A stretch of DNA of 64,000 bases. Origin: Callorhinchus milii (lineage: Eukaryota). Position 1 is the first letter of the stretch. Every line of letters starts with the position of its first letter. The position numbers and the translations under genes were made by a program. The DNA lies in NCBI RefSeq assembly GCF_018977255.1, contig NW_024704743.1:19718001-19782000 (forward strand), written 5' to 3'. This document shows positions 12,325 to 24,954 of the stretch, piece by piece. The notes under the pieces are model-generated. The model worked only from the letters and a program-made list of their open reading frames with translations. It did not search any database and had not been told where the DNA came from.

Positions 12325-12720
12325 TTTATTTTGTCAGCTAGGTGCCTATCAAATGCAGAAACCCAGCACCATGCTTAAGATTTTCCAAACCAAATAGAAT
12401 TCCATGCATTCAACCTACACATGGAAATTCTCATGTTTGGAATGGAACGTACATTCTCTCCCCAGATGGATGCATCCTGCTTACCTAATTCTAGAAAGTA
12501 TTAGATCAGGTTGGCAAGAGCCAAGGTTTGGGGACCCTAGAGTGTGCATTGCAGTACTGCTGGAGTTTAACCAGCAAAAAATCAGTTAGCCATTGAAAGC
12601 ACTATCTTGCAAGCTTCCCACTGTCTGTCCAGCTAGGACTACCCTCCCCATTAGGGTTTTGCTTTCTTGGGTTAACAGGAACTGAATGGGAAGAATACCT
12701 ACCCTCAGTAAGAACAACAA
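12325..12720 (-). repeat. Unclassified interspersed repeat (family X), copy 1
   Basis: Its reverse complement aligns with 28365-29035, 34620-34795 and 63610-63775 (shared ccccaaaccttggctct, ggagagagtgtgcattcc, tggtttgga, gctgac(c)aaataaa). Confidence 0.75.
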
Positions 12721-13074
12721 TACTGCACTTGTGTGTTTTAGCAGTTTGGTGCTTGCATCGTACTTTCTTCATATCTTCTGCAGTATTACTGCAACCCTGG
12801 GATAATGGGCAAACCAAACTTCTTAAAATCCAAGACAAGTGATCCATTTTATTCATGTTACGAAAAAGCCAACAGACTCTCTGTAAACATTCTGAATATC
12901 ACCCAGTATCCTGATTGAGGTTAGAAGAGCTCTGTGTTTGTGTCCAAATATCTATATGGAGACCTCTGCTCTGTGCTCTGTTTTCACTAGAGCTTGGTCC
13001 TGGGAATCTGTAGCTATATTGAATGTGAAGCACCTCGACAGAACTTGATGGCATTGCTCCTCCCTACCTTGGAC

Positions 13075-13442
13075 GTGAAGTCATGTAGCTCAGTGGTTAA
13101 AACACTCGCCTCGTAAGAGAGAGAACTGGGTTCAACTTCCAGCAGGGCGAAACGTTGGGCAAGTTTCCTTACTCCACACTCCTCTGTTTACCTAGCAGTA
13201 AGTAGGAACATGGTTGTTAGTCAAATGGCGGATCGCATTTCCGGGGGTAATAATTCCTTTAAAACAATGTGGTTACTCAATCCACGACTGTATGTGGGAC
13301 ACTGCTGTGTGCAATTGGCTGCCATGAATTGCCCACAAAATATATAGTCAATTCACTTTACAGTATATTCTGTGAAGCGCTTTGAGACGTCTCGAAGACG
13401 TGATAAAGTGCTATATGAAATGCAAAGCTTCTCATTATTATA
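13075..13442 (+). mobile_element. Full-length tRNA-derived SINE
   Basis: A box tagctcagtggtt, B box gggttcaacttcc, body ttgggcaagtttcc...ctctgtttacctagcagtaagtagg, tail gagacgtctcgaagacgtgataa. Confidence 0.9.
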
Positions 13443-13719
13443 AGATTCATGCTTTGACTTGAAAGGTAGAAAGATAGAACCTTGGGTAGAGTTGGCAACC
13501 TGCCAGAATAATATCATTGTAATAAGGCATATTAGGAGAAGCACAATACTGGCCAGTTATGTTTCATACGTGTATGGAGATTTAATCACAATACAGTGAA
13601 CATTAATGATGTTAATGGCCCTTGACTTGAATACAGAATCCATTTTTCAGTGGAAAGCTTATGTGTATGGATAATATCAAGGATTCTAGTAAATTGCACG
13701 TGTTTTTACTAGAACAGAG

Positions 13720-14115
13720 TCAGTGAAGAGCGGATCTCACAGAATGTCTTCAATATTCTTGAACGATTTGAGAGGATTCAAAGTAATAGATCATTTCTGC
13801 CAGCTGGTAACAAGGGAACATAAGATCAAAATTGTCGCTGGAAGGTTAAAATGAGATTAGAGGTCCTGTTTGCACCCCACCCCCCCACCAATAGAAGGTT
13901 ATTAGAGCATTATATGCTGTGTCAAAGTGCTATTGAAGCTAAAATCATAACAACCTTTGCAAGGTAATTGGTTAGGCATTCAAAGAGTAACAACATAAAA
14001 GAGTATGGGGCCCAAGCAGGAAATTGGGATTACACCAGTCAGCACCAGTGAGAGAGCTAGCACCACTTTAGGCTTGACAGACTGAACGACTTGTTCCTGT
14101 GTTGTAACTTCTATG
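13720..14115 (+). mobile_element. CR1 LINE 3' remnant
   Basis: Degenerate RGDL..VF.IL, TRGH..K, and WN.L...IEA..I..F...L motifs. Tail gactgaacgacttgttcctgtgttgtaacttctatg. Confidence 0.65.
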
Positions 14116-15212
14116 GGGTGAAAAATGCACTGTTTCATAACAGATCCAGTGTGTCATATCGATTCTGTCAAAAAACAGCAGAATTTTGGTCAGGGTTGAT
14201 GCAAATGTTCGGCCTGAAAGTACTCAAATAAGTGAGATATTCCAAGAAGCAGCAGTGGAATGCCATTCTTCAGGATGATTGGAAACAATGACAGGGGACA
14301 AAGATGGCAAGTGCGAGAGCCTTAGTTGTTTTTTGACCCCGTCACTAAATAATCTTTACGTTTGGTACAGTGCCTTTCACATTGGGAGGACGTCACAAAG
14401 AGCTTGACAGGATGTACTGTAAAGTGCAGTGAATATGTTTTGTGGTCAAGACCAGTCGATAAGAAATTCTATTGTTTCTTAAAAGATTATTTTCCTGGGT
14501 CTAGATTTACTTGACTCACGTAGCATTTATGACATGTAGAATTTGGCAAATTGTTGAATTCAGTTATAACTTTGAAGCCATTTCTCTGAGGTTCTTTAAA
14601 GGAACTTATATAAAAAAAATTTAGCCTGCATCTGAGAAATTAATCCAATACCTGAATGATCTGAAATGATGCAAAAAGAAAGTAAATCTAGACCCAAATG
14701 GAATTTCTCCCCATCAATGTGATAATCAAACACATTGATTTTGTTATGAAACATTGCATTTTTCAGCCATATTTCTCTCTGTCTGACCTTTTGCAACGCT
14801 GATAAATGACAACCACAGCAGGATAGGAACCAAGCCCATAATCACCCTTGAAGGCAGAAGCTGCATGTAGATGATTTGCTGTATTAACAACATATGGCTG
14901 GTAACAGCAGTTAATAGAGAAAAAGCTACAGAAGATTACTTCCACATCTGCACTGTTGCACCCACCCTCCCCATCCACTTTCAGCCTGGTGCCACAAAAC
15001 CATTCTGTCTTCTTAATCTCAGTCTGCACCTATAGCACATAAGAAACCCAAGACAAAAGAAAGGCCAAGGTCCATCTAGTTTGCATTCCACCTTCCTGCA
15101 GACCTATCCCTATATTCTTCCATAATCAACAACTTATACATCACAAGGAAGATAGGATCTAAATTAAAGGCTCAATTAAAAAAAAAATCAAAATAAAATC
15201 AAGAGTATCTGG

Positions 15213-15310
15213 ACATACACGCACAAATGTACTTGCACACATACATGCATACATGCATACATGCATACATACATACATACATGCATACATGCATGCATGC
15301 ATGCATATAG
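15213..15310. repeat. (CATA/CATG)n microsatellite
   Basis: atacatgcatacatgcatacatgcatacatacatacatac... Confidence 0.9.
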
Positions 15311-15794
15311 AGTATACAAACAATAAAGATGACTTTAATAGAGAATGGTGCTGTGTGGGGAAGCACAGCTGCTAATCTGCATCAACAGTATCACACAAAC
15401 AGTGAGATGAACAGTTAAATTAAGTTGATGCCTTGTGAAGCAGCTCTCAACAGAATGTGGAATTCATTTGCCACAGTTCTTGAAAAAGACCTGCTTCCAA
15501 ATCCAAACAGAACTAAAGAATTTTTCACAGTTCTGCCTGATCTAAAGTTTTAAGAGAAAGTGATTTTGCAGGTCAAGCGTAGGTGAAAATTTGGGCTCTG
15601 GTGCTTTGACGAAGTAACCATTGCATTTTCCTAAAAGTAAAATCATCAGAGAACTATTGTAGGAATTTTGTGTGAACAAATATCATGTTTCTATCATAAA
15701 CCGAGGTATGTTCGTATTCTACCAAAGTGCTTGTAAGTTTGACTTTCTGTTTGTATTCTGTTTTTCTGTATTCTGTTGTATCCTTGTATCAACT

Positions 15795-16422
15795 TTCTCA
15801 CACCTCCGCGGGCACTACCTCTGCCCTCAGGCTGCCAAGATCCTCATCAATGTTTTTATCACGTACAGGCTTGATTATGCTAACTCCCTGCTCGCTAGGC
15901 TTCCTAACTCTTCCCTCCACAAGGTGCAGATTATTCAGAGTTCTGCATGCAGCTCATGTTTCCTCCCACACCAGGCTCCATGAGCCGATCACCCCTATCA
16001 CCCCTGCTCCCCAATCCCCAGAGGATCAAGTGCAAGATCCTCGTCCTCACCTTTACCCCATTCTACTCGGTGACCTTATAAAACCTTACCAACCTGCCTG
16101 TTCCCTCCACTCAGTAGAAGCTGGCTTGCTGCACATCCCCTGACTTTCCCGCCCCACCATCGATGGTTGGGCCTTCAGCCTTTTTGCCACCACTCTCTGG
16201 AACTCCATCCCAGAGCCCCTTCGCTCTCGCCCCTTCCCTCACCTCCTTCAAGACCTTACTCTTTGACTGTGCCCCTTGCTTTTGACCTTTGATCAGTCAT
16301 CTTCCCACTTTCACCCCCATTGGTTCCCAACCCTCTCAACTCCAACCTCCAGCTCGAGTGCAAACCTTCAACTGTCCAGCTCCTTCGGACATCCTCCCGA
16401 CGTGAAAGGTGCTATATGCAAT
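15795..16422 (+). mobile_element. L2 3' fragment
   Basis: RLDYANSLL, LWNSIP; ends ggacatcctcccgacgtgaaaggtgc. Confidence 0.9.
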
Positions 16423-16803
16423 TTGGGACACAACATGTCACGCGACTGCCAGGATGGTGGAAGGCGAAATGGATGGACTTGGTCATCTTTCGTCTGGCAA
16501 TTCTTACGTTATTGTGTTATTATGTTATTTTTGTTGTTGTTTTTCAGCAGCAGAGCGAGCTGGTTTAAAAAGATTGTCTAACTGGCAGAGCGCGTAGCTC
16601 TGTAAAAAATATCCTCTAGGACCAGGCCTAAAATCTCAGGTTTACATTAAAACATTTTACGATTCAGGAAATAACCAACTGTCACAGAATCTATTTCAAA
16701 AATAATTTACTTCCTACTTTATTATTAGTAGTCGACCTTTTAGCTTACTTGTCCTTGTCCAACTTTAAGCACTCAGTTTGGAATTGACGCAATCATGTAT
16801 TTT

Positions 16804-16924
16804 CGCGTTTCGCCCACAAAATATATAGTCCATTCACTTTATGGCATATTCTGTGATGTGCTTTGAGACGTCTCGAAGACCGTGACAAAGCGCTATACCA
16901 AATGCAAGGTTTATTATTATTATT
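16804..16924 (+). mobile_element. 5'-truncated SINE tail immediately upstream of the last PLXDC2 acceptor
   Basis: cgcgtttcgcccacaaaatat...gagacgtctcgaagaccgtgacaaagcgc...(TTA)n. Confidence 0.9.
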
Positions 16925-16952
16925 TTCTGATGGTTCCTTTGTTTGTACCTAG

Positions 16953-17072
<120 letters not shown>

Positions 17073-20000
17073 AAACTGAGAAAGACAGTGCACCAGTACT
17101 GGCCTACAGGTGTGGAATTGTTGCTTTTAAACAGATAAAAGAAACCAGCTCAAGCCCGCAGTCCACAAATTGCAATACCTACTTCTGGATCACCCTGAAT
17201 AGACAAAAGAGAAATGATTTGACCTGCTAGTCAGTAGCTTTCCTTAGTAAATCTGCAAACTTCAATGATCAAGTCACTTCCATCCCCGTGGGACAAGTAT
17301 TAGAGAATTGGCTGAGCATTAGAGATGCATATAATCCCGATACTGAGGAAGCAAGCTCACTTCAGTTTCAATGCCAGTTGTTCTCGGGCTAAATATGCAA
17401 CAAACGTGCTTACAATGTGATGTTAACTCAACCATCAATCAGATAAAATCATAAGTGTTATCAGAATTCATGTACCCAATCTGTTCAACATTGCCTGCAA
17501 TTGCCAAGATGTGTATATTTTCAATATGAGCCATACAGTTGACACCAGTTGATGAAGATGGAGATAGTGAGTAAATTCGTTTTGGAGACATTTTCTATGG
17601 CACTATTGTTTTGCTAGTGTTTTTAAATTAATATGGACTGATTTCTTGACATTGACTGATTAGACGAGCTAAAAGTGGAGATTTTCAATTAACTGGCTTT
17701 GGTTGTATACGTTTCAGGTAACAGTTAAAGATGTTAGAATTTTATAAGGTGATATTATACAGACGTAATGAATTAAATACCGTAAATCTTCATATATGCA
17801 TCTCAGATAACCACAAAACCTTGTTATGTTCCCATGACTCTCTTTTAGTAATCATTGCAGTCATTACTAGTATATGCATATTCAGTTCTCTTTCAATGTG
17901 TTGCCCACAACAGGAAGCCACTTTATCGGTGACAGGTTGGTAAGATTCCTGTTGCATACTTAGCTCCAAACATGCACTATAGCATCATTTTGACTCCTAA
18001 AGGTGGTGGGACTGGGAAGGTTGAAGTACGCCCTTATTAGAACCAAATGTTGGGATACCGTTTGCACATCATACTAGCTCTGTGGTGGACACCTTAATTA
18101 CATAGATGAATATATTTTGTTTGTTTCTTGATAGTTTACACAAGACAGGTTCTTGTGCTCCAGATTGTGAAGAAATTATTGAGTGTATTTTTTTTCCATC
18201 CAGAAGAGGAAAACAACATGGATTATGACATACATAAAATGGCTTGTAAAATAGTAATTAAGGCAAGAGAAAGCAGTTTATTAATTAACAGCAAAGAATT
18301 TGTACCTTAAACTGCCTTTAGTGATGTGGATTGGTTTCTTTGTGAGCTTCTCTTGTGATGTGAGACCGAGCTGTTGAAACTTTTAAATTCAGGTATGTAT
18401 TCTTTAATAAAAATCCTTGTAGATGATAAGTTCCAGGCTTACAAATAAAGGCACTTGAAATTGTTAGGAAATCTTGACAAACGGCAGATTCAGGTTCACT
18501 TCCAGATTATTGGCTTTCTTGTGCATCACTTCACAATGTTCAGTGCACAATGGAATCCTTCACCTTAGTTGGTAAATGTATTCATTTCACTCACATTCAC
18601 CTCACTCTCAATGGAAATGATTTGATCTGAAAAGCCACATCAAAGATAAACGAGTTTAAAATTCCCCTACATGACTGCATGTGCTCCACAAACTTCATCT
18701 TTAAAACTAAGTACATCGCATGGAGCATCTAAACTCTAGTCAATGAGGTCTTAACACAAAACCTGTCTATTACTAAGATCAGTTCTTGATACAAACATCT
18801 GTAAGGTTATCTACCTTTGGTTCTGTGCCTAGCACTTTTGTTAAAGTTTGTTAATGCATCCATGAGCACTTATACATAGGTCTTCTGCACCCTTACAGAG
18901 GAGAGTTTCAAAAAGGCAGCTTAATCAAAGTGTCCTCCCTTTCCTGAGACCCCAATTAGGGTTCCCCCCACTCTTTCCTGAGACATACAGCAGTAACCAT
19001 TCCTGCCATTGCTACACAAACTATTGCAGAGCAAACTCTCTCCCAAACAACACTGAAAAATCCCACAACCTTGCAGAATGAGACACAAATTCCAGAAGTT
19101 GCTAATAAAGATCTTAACAGATGCTTTAGTACATACCCACAGCCTAATAAACAAATCAATGCCATCTTCAAAACTACATGTCTTCAGTCTGGGCATTTTC
19201 CTTCCTCATTCTGTGCACTTCTCACTGTACTAAGAATGAGCACAATTGCTGATTTAACATAGCCACAGTTATATTTTAAAAGAATCTCAACAAATATTTT
19301 TGAGGCATGAATTAAGATGTCAGTCTGACATAAGTCAACCCAACTTGTCCAGTTGAGAAACGTCTGTATAATCAGCGCACAGTCATCTCTAGAATTAACC
19401 ATTTCTCTACTAATTTGAGTGTAGCTCAGAAAATCACCAAACTCCAGTCTGAGTGCTTTAGCTTTCATTCTATCATAAAACTTTTCAAGAAATTTTTATT
19501 TTAATTTGAGTGGAAATTAGCAAGTTTAAGAACTGAAGCCACCAAACTAGAATTAATTACGTTTACACTGAAGTCAGTTGAGGGCCAATATTACTCACAT
19601 TTTACTCCATGGTTAGAAAGAAGACTTGACCTGGACTTGCAAGAAGTTTTGTAAAGATATATGTTAAGATTTTTTTAAATGGTGTAATATTCCAAATACA
19701 CTTTTGAAATAACCAGCAAATAGCAAAGGCAACAGATAAACTAACCACACTAATCCATCAAATCACAAAAATGTAATTCATTGTATTGGAATTTCAAATT
19801 GATACCTGAATTTTGGACAGATATGTTACAATCTACTGATGCCTATGTTTCAAGTAAGTTAGAAGAATCCATTGCCAGCATTTAAGAACAATTTCAATAG
19901 AGTAATAATGATATTCGGCCTCTTAATCTGCTTCTTATTCAGTGTGATGCAGTTCACCAACATTCAATGGAATGGTCCTGTGAAGATAACCTTATTTTCA

Positions 20001-22270
20001 AATCTGCCTTCAGATGTCTCAGACCATGGAATGTGAACTATATTATTTATGTTCAACCCTGTAGATTTCTCGCTAAATCCAGCAAATTAGCTGGATGCCC
20101 TATTTGAGAAATTTCCGCAGGCCACATAAGCAATATGTTTGTGTTTTCCACCGAGAAACATAACATAACTTTTACGGGTTATGGAGGGAGCAGGTGAGCC
20201 AGATGAAATGGAGGGGAGTTGGGGGTTGAATTCAGTTGGACAACCCTGGTCTAGAGCTGGATCTTATGAAATATTCACTTGTACTCAGTCATTAACCTCT
20301 AGTTTCCTTTGCTGGTATCATGCAAACCAAACTGCAATAGTTTTTCCCACCCCTATTCTGCCAACCTCTCACCTCCTTATTGCCAGAACTACATTCCCTT
20401 GCATATACACTGGAAGGGGTAGAAAGAAACCTCAAGAATTAAAAGCAACGTTTACAGACAGCATTTAAATCAGAACACTCCCAGGAATTATACTAAATCA
20501 CACTTTTCTTTTCACAAGTTTCTAAGAGAGGTTCAAAAAAGGCCCTTCAGTTCAATTGGTCTCATCCTTCAAGAAGGCCAACTCATCCATGTCTTCCATT
20601 GCAGCATCAACCTGTGTCTTAATTGAGTCCGGTGTCTCGGCTGTAACGACTCTTCCTGTAAACTGTTTCTATCTTATTGTACTTTTGTGTAAAGTCCTAC
20701 CAAAATGTTTCTAAAGTAAAAATTGGACAATCTTGTTTAAATTCTTATCTTTCTGGCTGCATTGTAGATTGCAGAATACTAAAGAAAGAAGCATTTGCAA
20801 TCTCCCGAATCCAGATTGTAACGGTGGAAATTTTGACAAAGGAAGGAAGAACCCAATCAAATTTAAGATGCATGTCTGGCCAAATCTTCAGTGGTGCTGT
20901 ATTTGTTTTCAGTAAGATTAAAATACAGTTTGACAAATATAATGTCTCTCCTACAATCATAGGAGATGGTGTAATCTCACCATAGCCTCATTTGCTAAAC
21001 ATGTACTCTGGATGATAATTGATTAGTATTAATTCATAGTAAATTTATTTTGTAGAGCAAAACAATTCTTCAACAATAGGTGTGAAGTTATTTTCTGAAT
21101 GAATATGTCTGAATGACCTGAACTTGCAAATTCAATGTCATTGTGACAGAATTTGCACTGAAGTACATAGAAAAAGACTGTTCATTTAGCTGAAAACGTT
21201 CTGTTACAGCCCATCACTCCTTATTTAACTAACGGCCTCTTAACTTTTTATACCGATGTCCAGGGCTACTGGCAAACGTTCTCAATTGAAATCTATGTGT
21301 CCCAGGACACCATTTTCAGTGCTTGCCACAGATGCCGGCAATTCTGGATACATTACTATAGCTTTTTTTCCCTATTAAGATTTTTTATATATGTTTTTGG
21401 TCATTATGACATTGCATAAAATTGTACACATATCTGAATTCAGAAGGCTACAGCTTAAACAGTATTTTTCCGTTAATCTAAACATTTGATACACGCGACA
21501 TCTGAATACTGCTCACAAATTTTTTATTGTAGTAAATACATTTACTCAACATTGGTGGTGTCCTCCGCTGTGGGTCTTGGATTTTCCCCCGACTAGGTTG
21601 ACATTTGCTCGGTAGAAGTTTAGGACCCACTTAAGAGGTCAAAAAATAAACTTTGTTCAAGCAGTTAGTATTTTATTTTCAAAAGATAAATGATGAACAC
21701 ACTGCACATTTTTAAAGAAGGTCATGGCAAAACTGGGAGAAACTATCTTTAGAATTTGCCACTGACAACTTTAACATACGACTTATGTGGGTCAATAGGC
21801 ATGCTTCACTGTGTCTTGAAACATATTTTGGTTACAGTCTTGGAGAGAGGAAGGACAGCTTTTGTGAGCCACATTTGTGTAACTCTAATAATGGAAACAC
21901 CAGCGTGACACACTCTGGTTTGAACAACTGAAGTTATTGAACGCAAATAGGTCTGTAATAGCTTTATTTCACTTCCATAGAACGTTAAGGGTGATAACAT
22001 GCATACATTGTTTTCTACAATAAACTGTCCTTTCTATCATTTCCACCCATGTGTTGGCTGAGTTCTTGACGTTGCTAAGTGTAGTAACTGAGTAATAAAT
22101 TGATGTTTACTGCACAGATGTTCTTTTAATCAAGTATCTAATATACAAAATGGAATTTGTAGGAAGATCCAGAAGGGTGGATATTAAAGGGCTGAATGAA
22201 TGTGGATATATAACAGCTTTGCTTTCCATCAGGGTATAATAATGAGTCTTTATATATAAAATAAATTTGT
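17073..22270 (+). other. PLXDC2: Putative long 3' UTR of PLXDC2 (end uncertain)
   Basis: Follows the stop codon. AT-rich and free of recognisable L2/SINE copies, unlike its flanks. Several AATAAA hexamers (about 18406, 18444, 21645, 22019, 22094, 22260). The real cleavage site cannot be chosen without transcript data. Confidence 0.5.
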
Positions 22271-24289
22271 TTAAGTCAGAGCGATTGCCTCACACACAGA
22301 AGAACTAGAGTAAACACTATAGAATTGATTACTCAGATACCTATTTGAATAAAAGATAAAAGTTTGAATATTCTGAGGAATAGTGCCCAAGGTAGTAAGC
22401 TGACACCATATATAACTCCAGCAACAGGAGGAACAAGATACATAAGACGTGATTAATTTTACCCGCCATTTTAAAACCTATATGTAAATTGCTGTTGCTA
22501 TCGAATTCCCATAGTTGTGACCTGTTCCTGGTTACCTGCAAGAATCTCTATTTGAGAGTCAAGGTCACTATTTACGAAAACAAGGCAGAGAATAGAACAT
22601 TTTTTAACCCTGTTGTGTACAGCTGGATTAAACTCACCACTGCATAACAAAATTGTACAGGACACAGAAGAACCCCATTATAATATGCCTTGGGACGTCC
22701 TCTCGACTTGAAAGGCACTATACAAATGTAATTTGTTGATGTCTTGGTTCTGTAAGTTCAAACATTGTATTATAATAGAGTACAAAGCTATAATGGCCAC
22801 CGGGATGTGTACTCAATGTGAGAGAAATGCCTCTAATACCATTTCCTGAAAAAGAACAACTGCTGATGTAATTTCCCTCAACCTACAATATTTCCTTCAC
22901 TAAAATATAGCTGAATTCTGAGTCATCAGATCACTGCCGACACTTCTTCCTACTGGGAATCTATCCCAGGTTTTCTGCACATATCATGCGTATGAGATGC
23001 ACAGGAATTGACATCAATGGAGATCTGACAACCCAGAAGTAGGCCATTTGTAATGTGCAGAAAGCCAAACCCAATAGGGCACCCGTAAGAGGCCATGATA
23101 TAACTGGGTTCTACTGTATTTCAGCATTCTGGCAATGTCACCACTGACTCATGATAAAAGCACTCTTAATGTGGGCAATTTGTAGATAGTTTGTAGATTG
23201 TAAACTTAAGCAAGCGGTTAGATTTTAAACTTTAGTTTCTCCCAACTCCTCACTGCAAAAATCTAGGACAGTAACTGGGAATCCACTTTCAATAAACTAG
23301 TGCTGGTCTAAAGAGGTTCATGGTTCAATGATGTAATTATTCCTCTGTTCAGAATGACTTTGGGAGTCTTCACTTGGTAGCTGTGTAGGTTAGAAGTAAT
23401 GTCTTGGATTTAAATCTGTTTGAAAACCAAATGTGTTTGTGAAGATGGGAGATTATAAAAGTGGGAAGAATAAAGGTAAATAAAGATGATTCTTTTTGTT
23501 TATTGCTCTAAAAGAAAATGAAGCGATGCATAATTAAAGCATTCCCTTACATTGTGGTCAAAGTGTTCTGCCGACATGTGATGTGCATAAAATAACAACA
23601 AAATAAAAATAACAAATTGTTGCTCCAATGAAGCAGATGATGCTTTTAATAAAACGAAGTATGACTCTTTGATGATTATTCAACTTTCTATAATCCATTA
23701 GCTTTGTGTACACTGCTCGTACACTTCAGATACCAAGGCAATGTCGAACACTGAAATTATTTGAGTTATCTGTCTGTTAGATGGTTTGCTGTTACCACTT
23801 TTGTGGGCTCTATTGCTACCTTGCTAATCGCTTGATGACAGTTTCCGTCTGAAGACTGTGGGAGAAAATCGCGAACAAACTGATTGAATTGGTGGGGAAA
23901 TGGTACATTCCTACAACTCATTCAAAAATCCTCATCAAATTCCATTATTCTTTTTGCTAATGTTTCAAAAATTCCCACCAACAGTGTGCAAACCTTAAGT
24001 AGGCCACATTAATAGGTGAGCTGTGGACCTCCGTTCCTCTGGGCGTTGCATTTTTATAGATTGCTTAAGACCGGAGCATATTTATGTCTTTCAAGAACAG
24101 TACGGCACAAACATAGAACCATAGAAATTAATAGCAGAGGCCATTCGGCACATCGCTTCTGTGCTGGCTTTTTTAAGAGCAATCCTTTCAGTCTGATTAG
24201 CTGTCCTTTCCCATACCCCTGGAGCAGGGTCTGACTGGAATCCCACCTCTTCAGTTCTTAGATACATTTACTGACCTGGATTCACAGAC

Positions 24290-24760
24290 AGTTTAAGATA
24301 GTTAAATCTGTAGATGACACCAAGTTGGAGAGAACTGTGGAATCAGATGAGGCAGCAAAGGTGCTACAAACAGAGCTCGATAGGATATGCACACGAGTTG
24401 ATAACTGGCAAATGGAATTTAATACAGAAAAATGCAAGGTACCAATATATAGGTTCCAAGAATAGGAAACAAAGGTACTCCATGGATGGGATTGAATTTG
24501 CCAAGGGGGAAGCTGAAATAGATCCAGGAGTGTTAGTTGACTTGTTGCTCACTATGTCAAAGCATTGCGAGGCAGCAACAAACAAGGCAAAGAGAGTAAT
24601 CAAGGACTGGAACAGGTTGCCAGGAAAGATGGTAGAGGCCAGGGCACTGGAATCATTTATAAAGCAGCTTGATGAGGTAATGGGCGGATGGTTGGGTGGG
24701 TGTTCTTGAGATCAGAAGGGCCCAAAGGCCTTCTTCATCCAGACTGATCTTCTGAGTTTT
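24290..24760 (+). mobile_element. CR1 LINE fragment with an internal deletion
   Basis: VDDTKLE (ADDTKLG), W..EFN.EKCKV, DPGVLVD...MSKHC..A.NKA joined directly to IKDWNRLP..VEA..LESF.KQLD, then a CR1-like 3' end. Confidence 0.85.
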
Positions 24761-24954
24761 TAGGTATTTATCTAGTTTTCTTTTGAAAGCTAATATGAAT
24801 TCTGCCTCAACCACCGCTCCTAGCAGGGCAATCCTAGTCGTTGGTTTGGTGGGTCTTCTACATATATGTTTCTTCACAATGAAATATGTAACTTGTTGTA
24901 CAACATCATATCTTATAGAGGTAGATGATAATAATAATCTTTATATTTGGTATA

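Noticed and set aside
14763..15029. Harbinger DDE core remnant (FFSIN..., GDYG..YP)
   Set aside because: The resemblance is limited to a few residues and cannot be supported without a profile search.
18921..20985. Cluster of 60-100 aa ORFs as a hidden antisense gene or transposase (for example KISTVTIWIREIANA)
   Set aside because: No coherent domain or splice structure; consistent with chance frames in UTR-like sequence.
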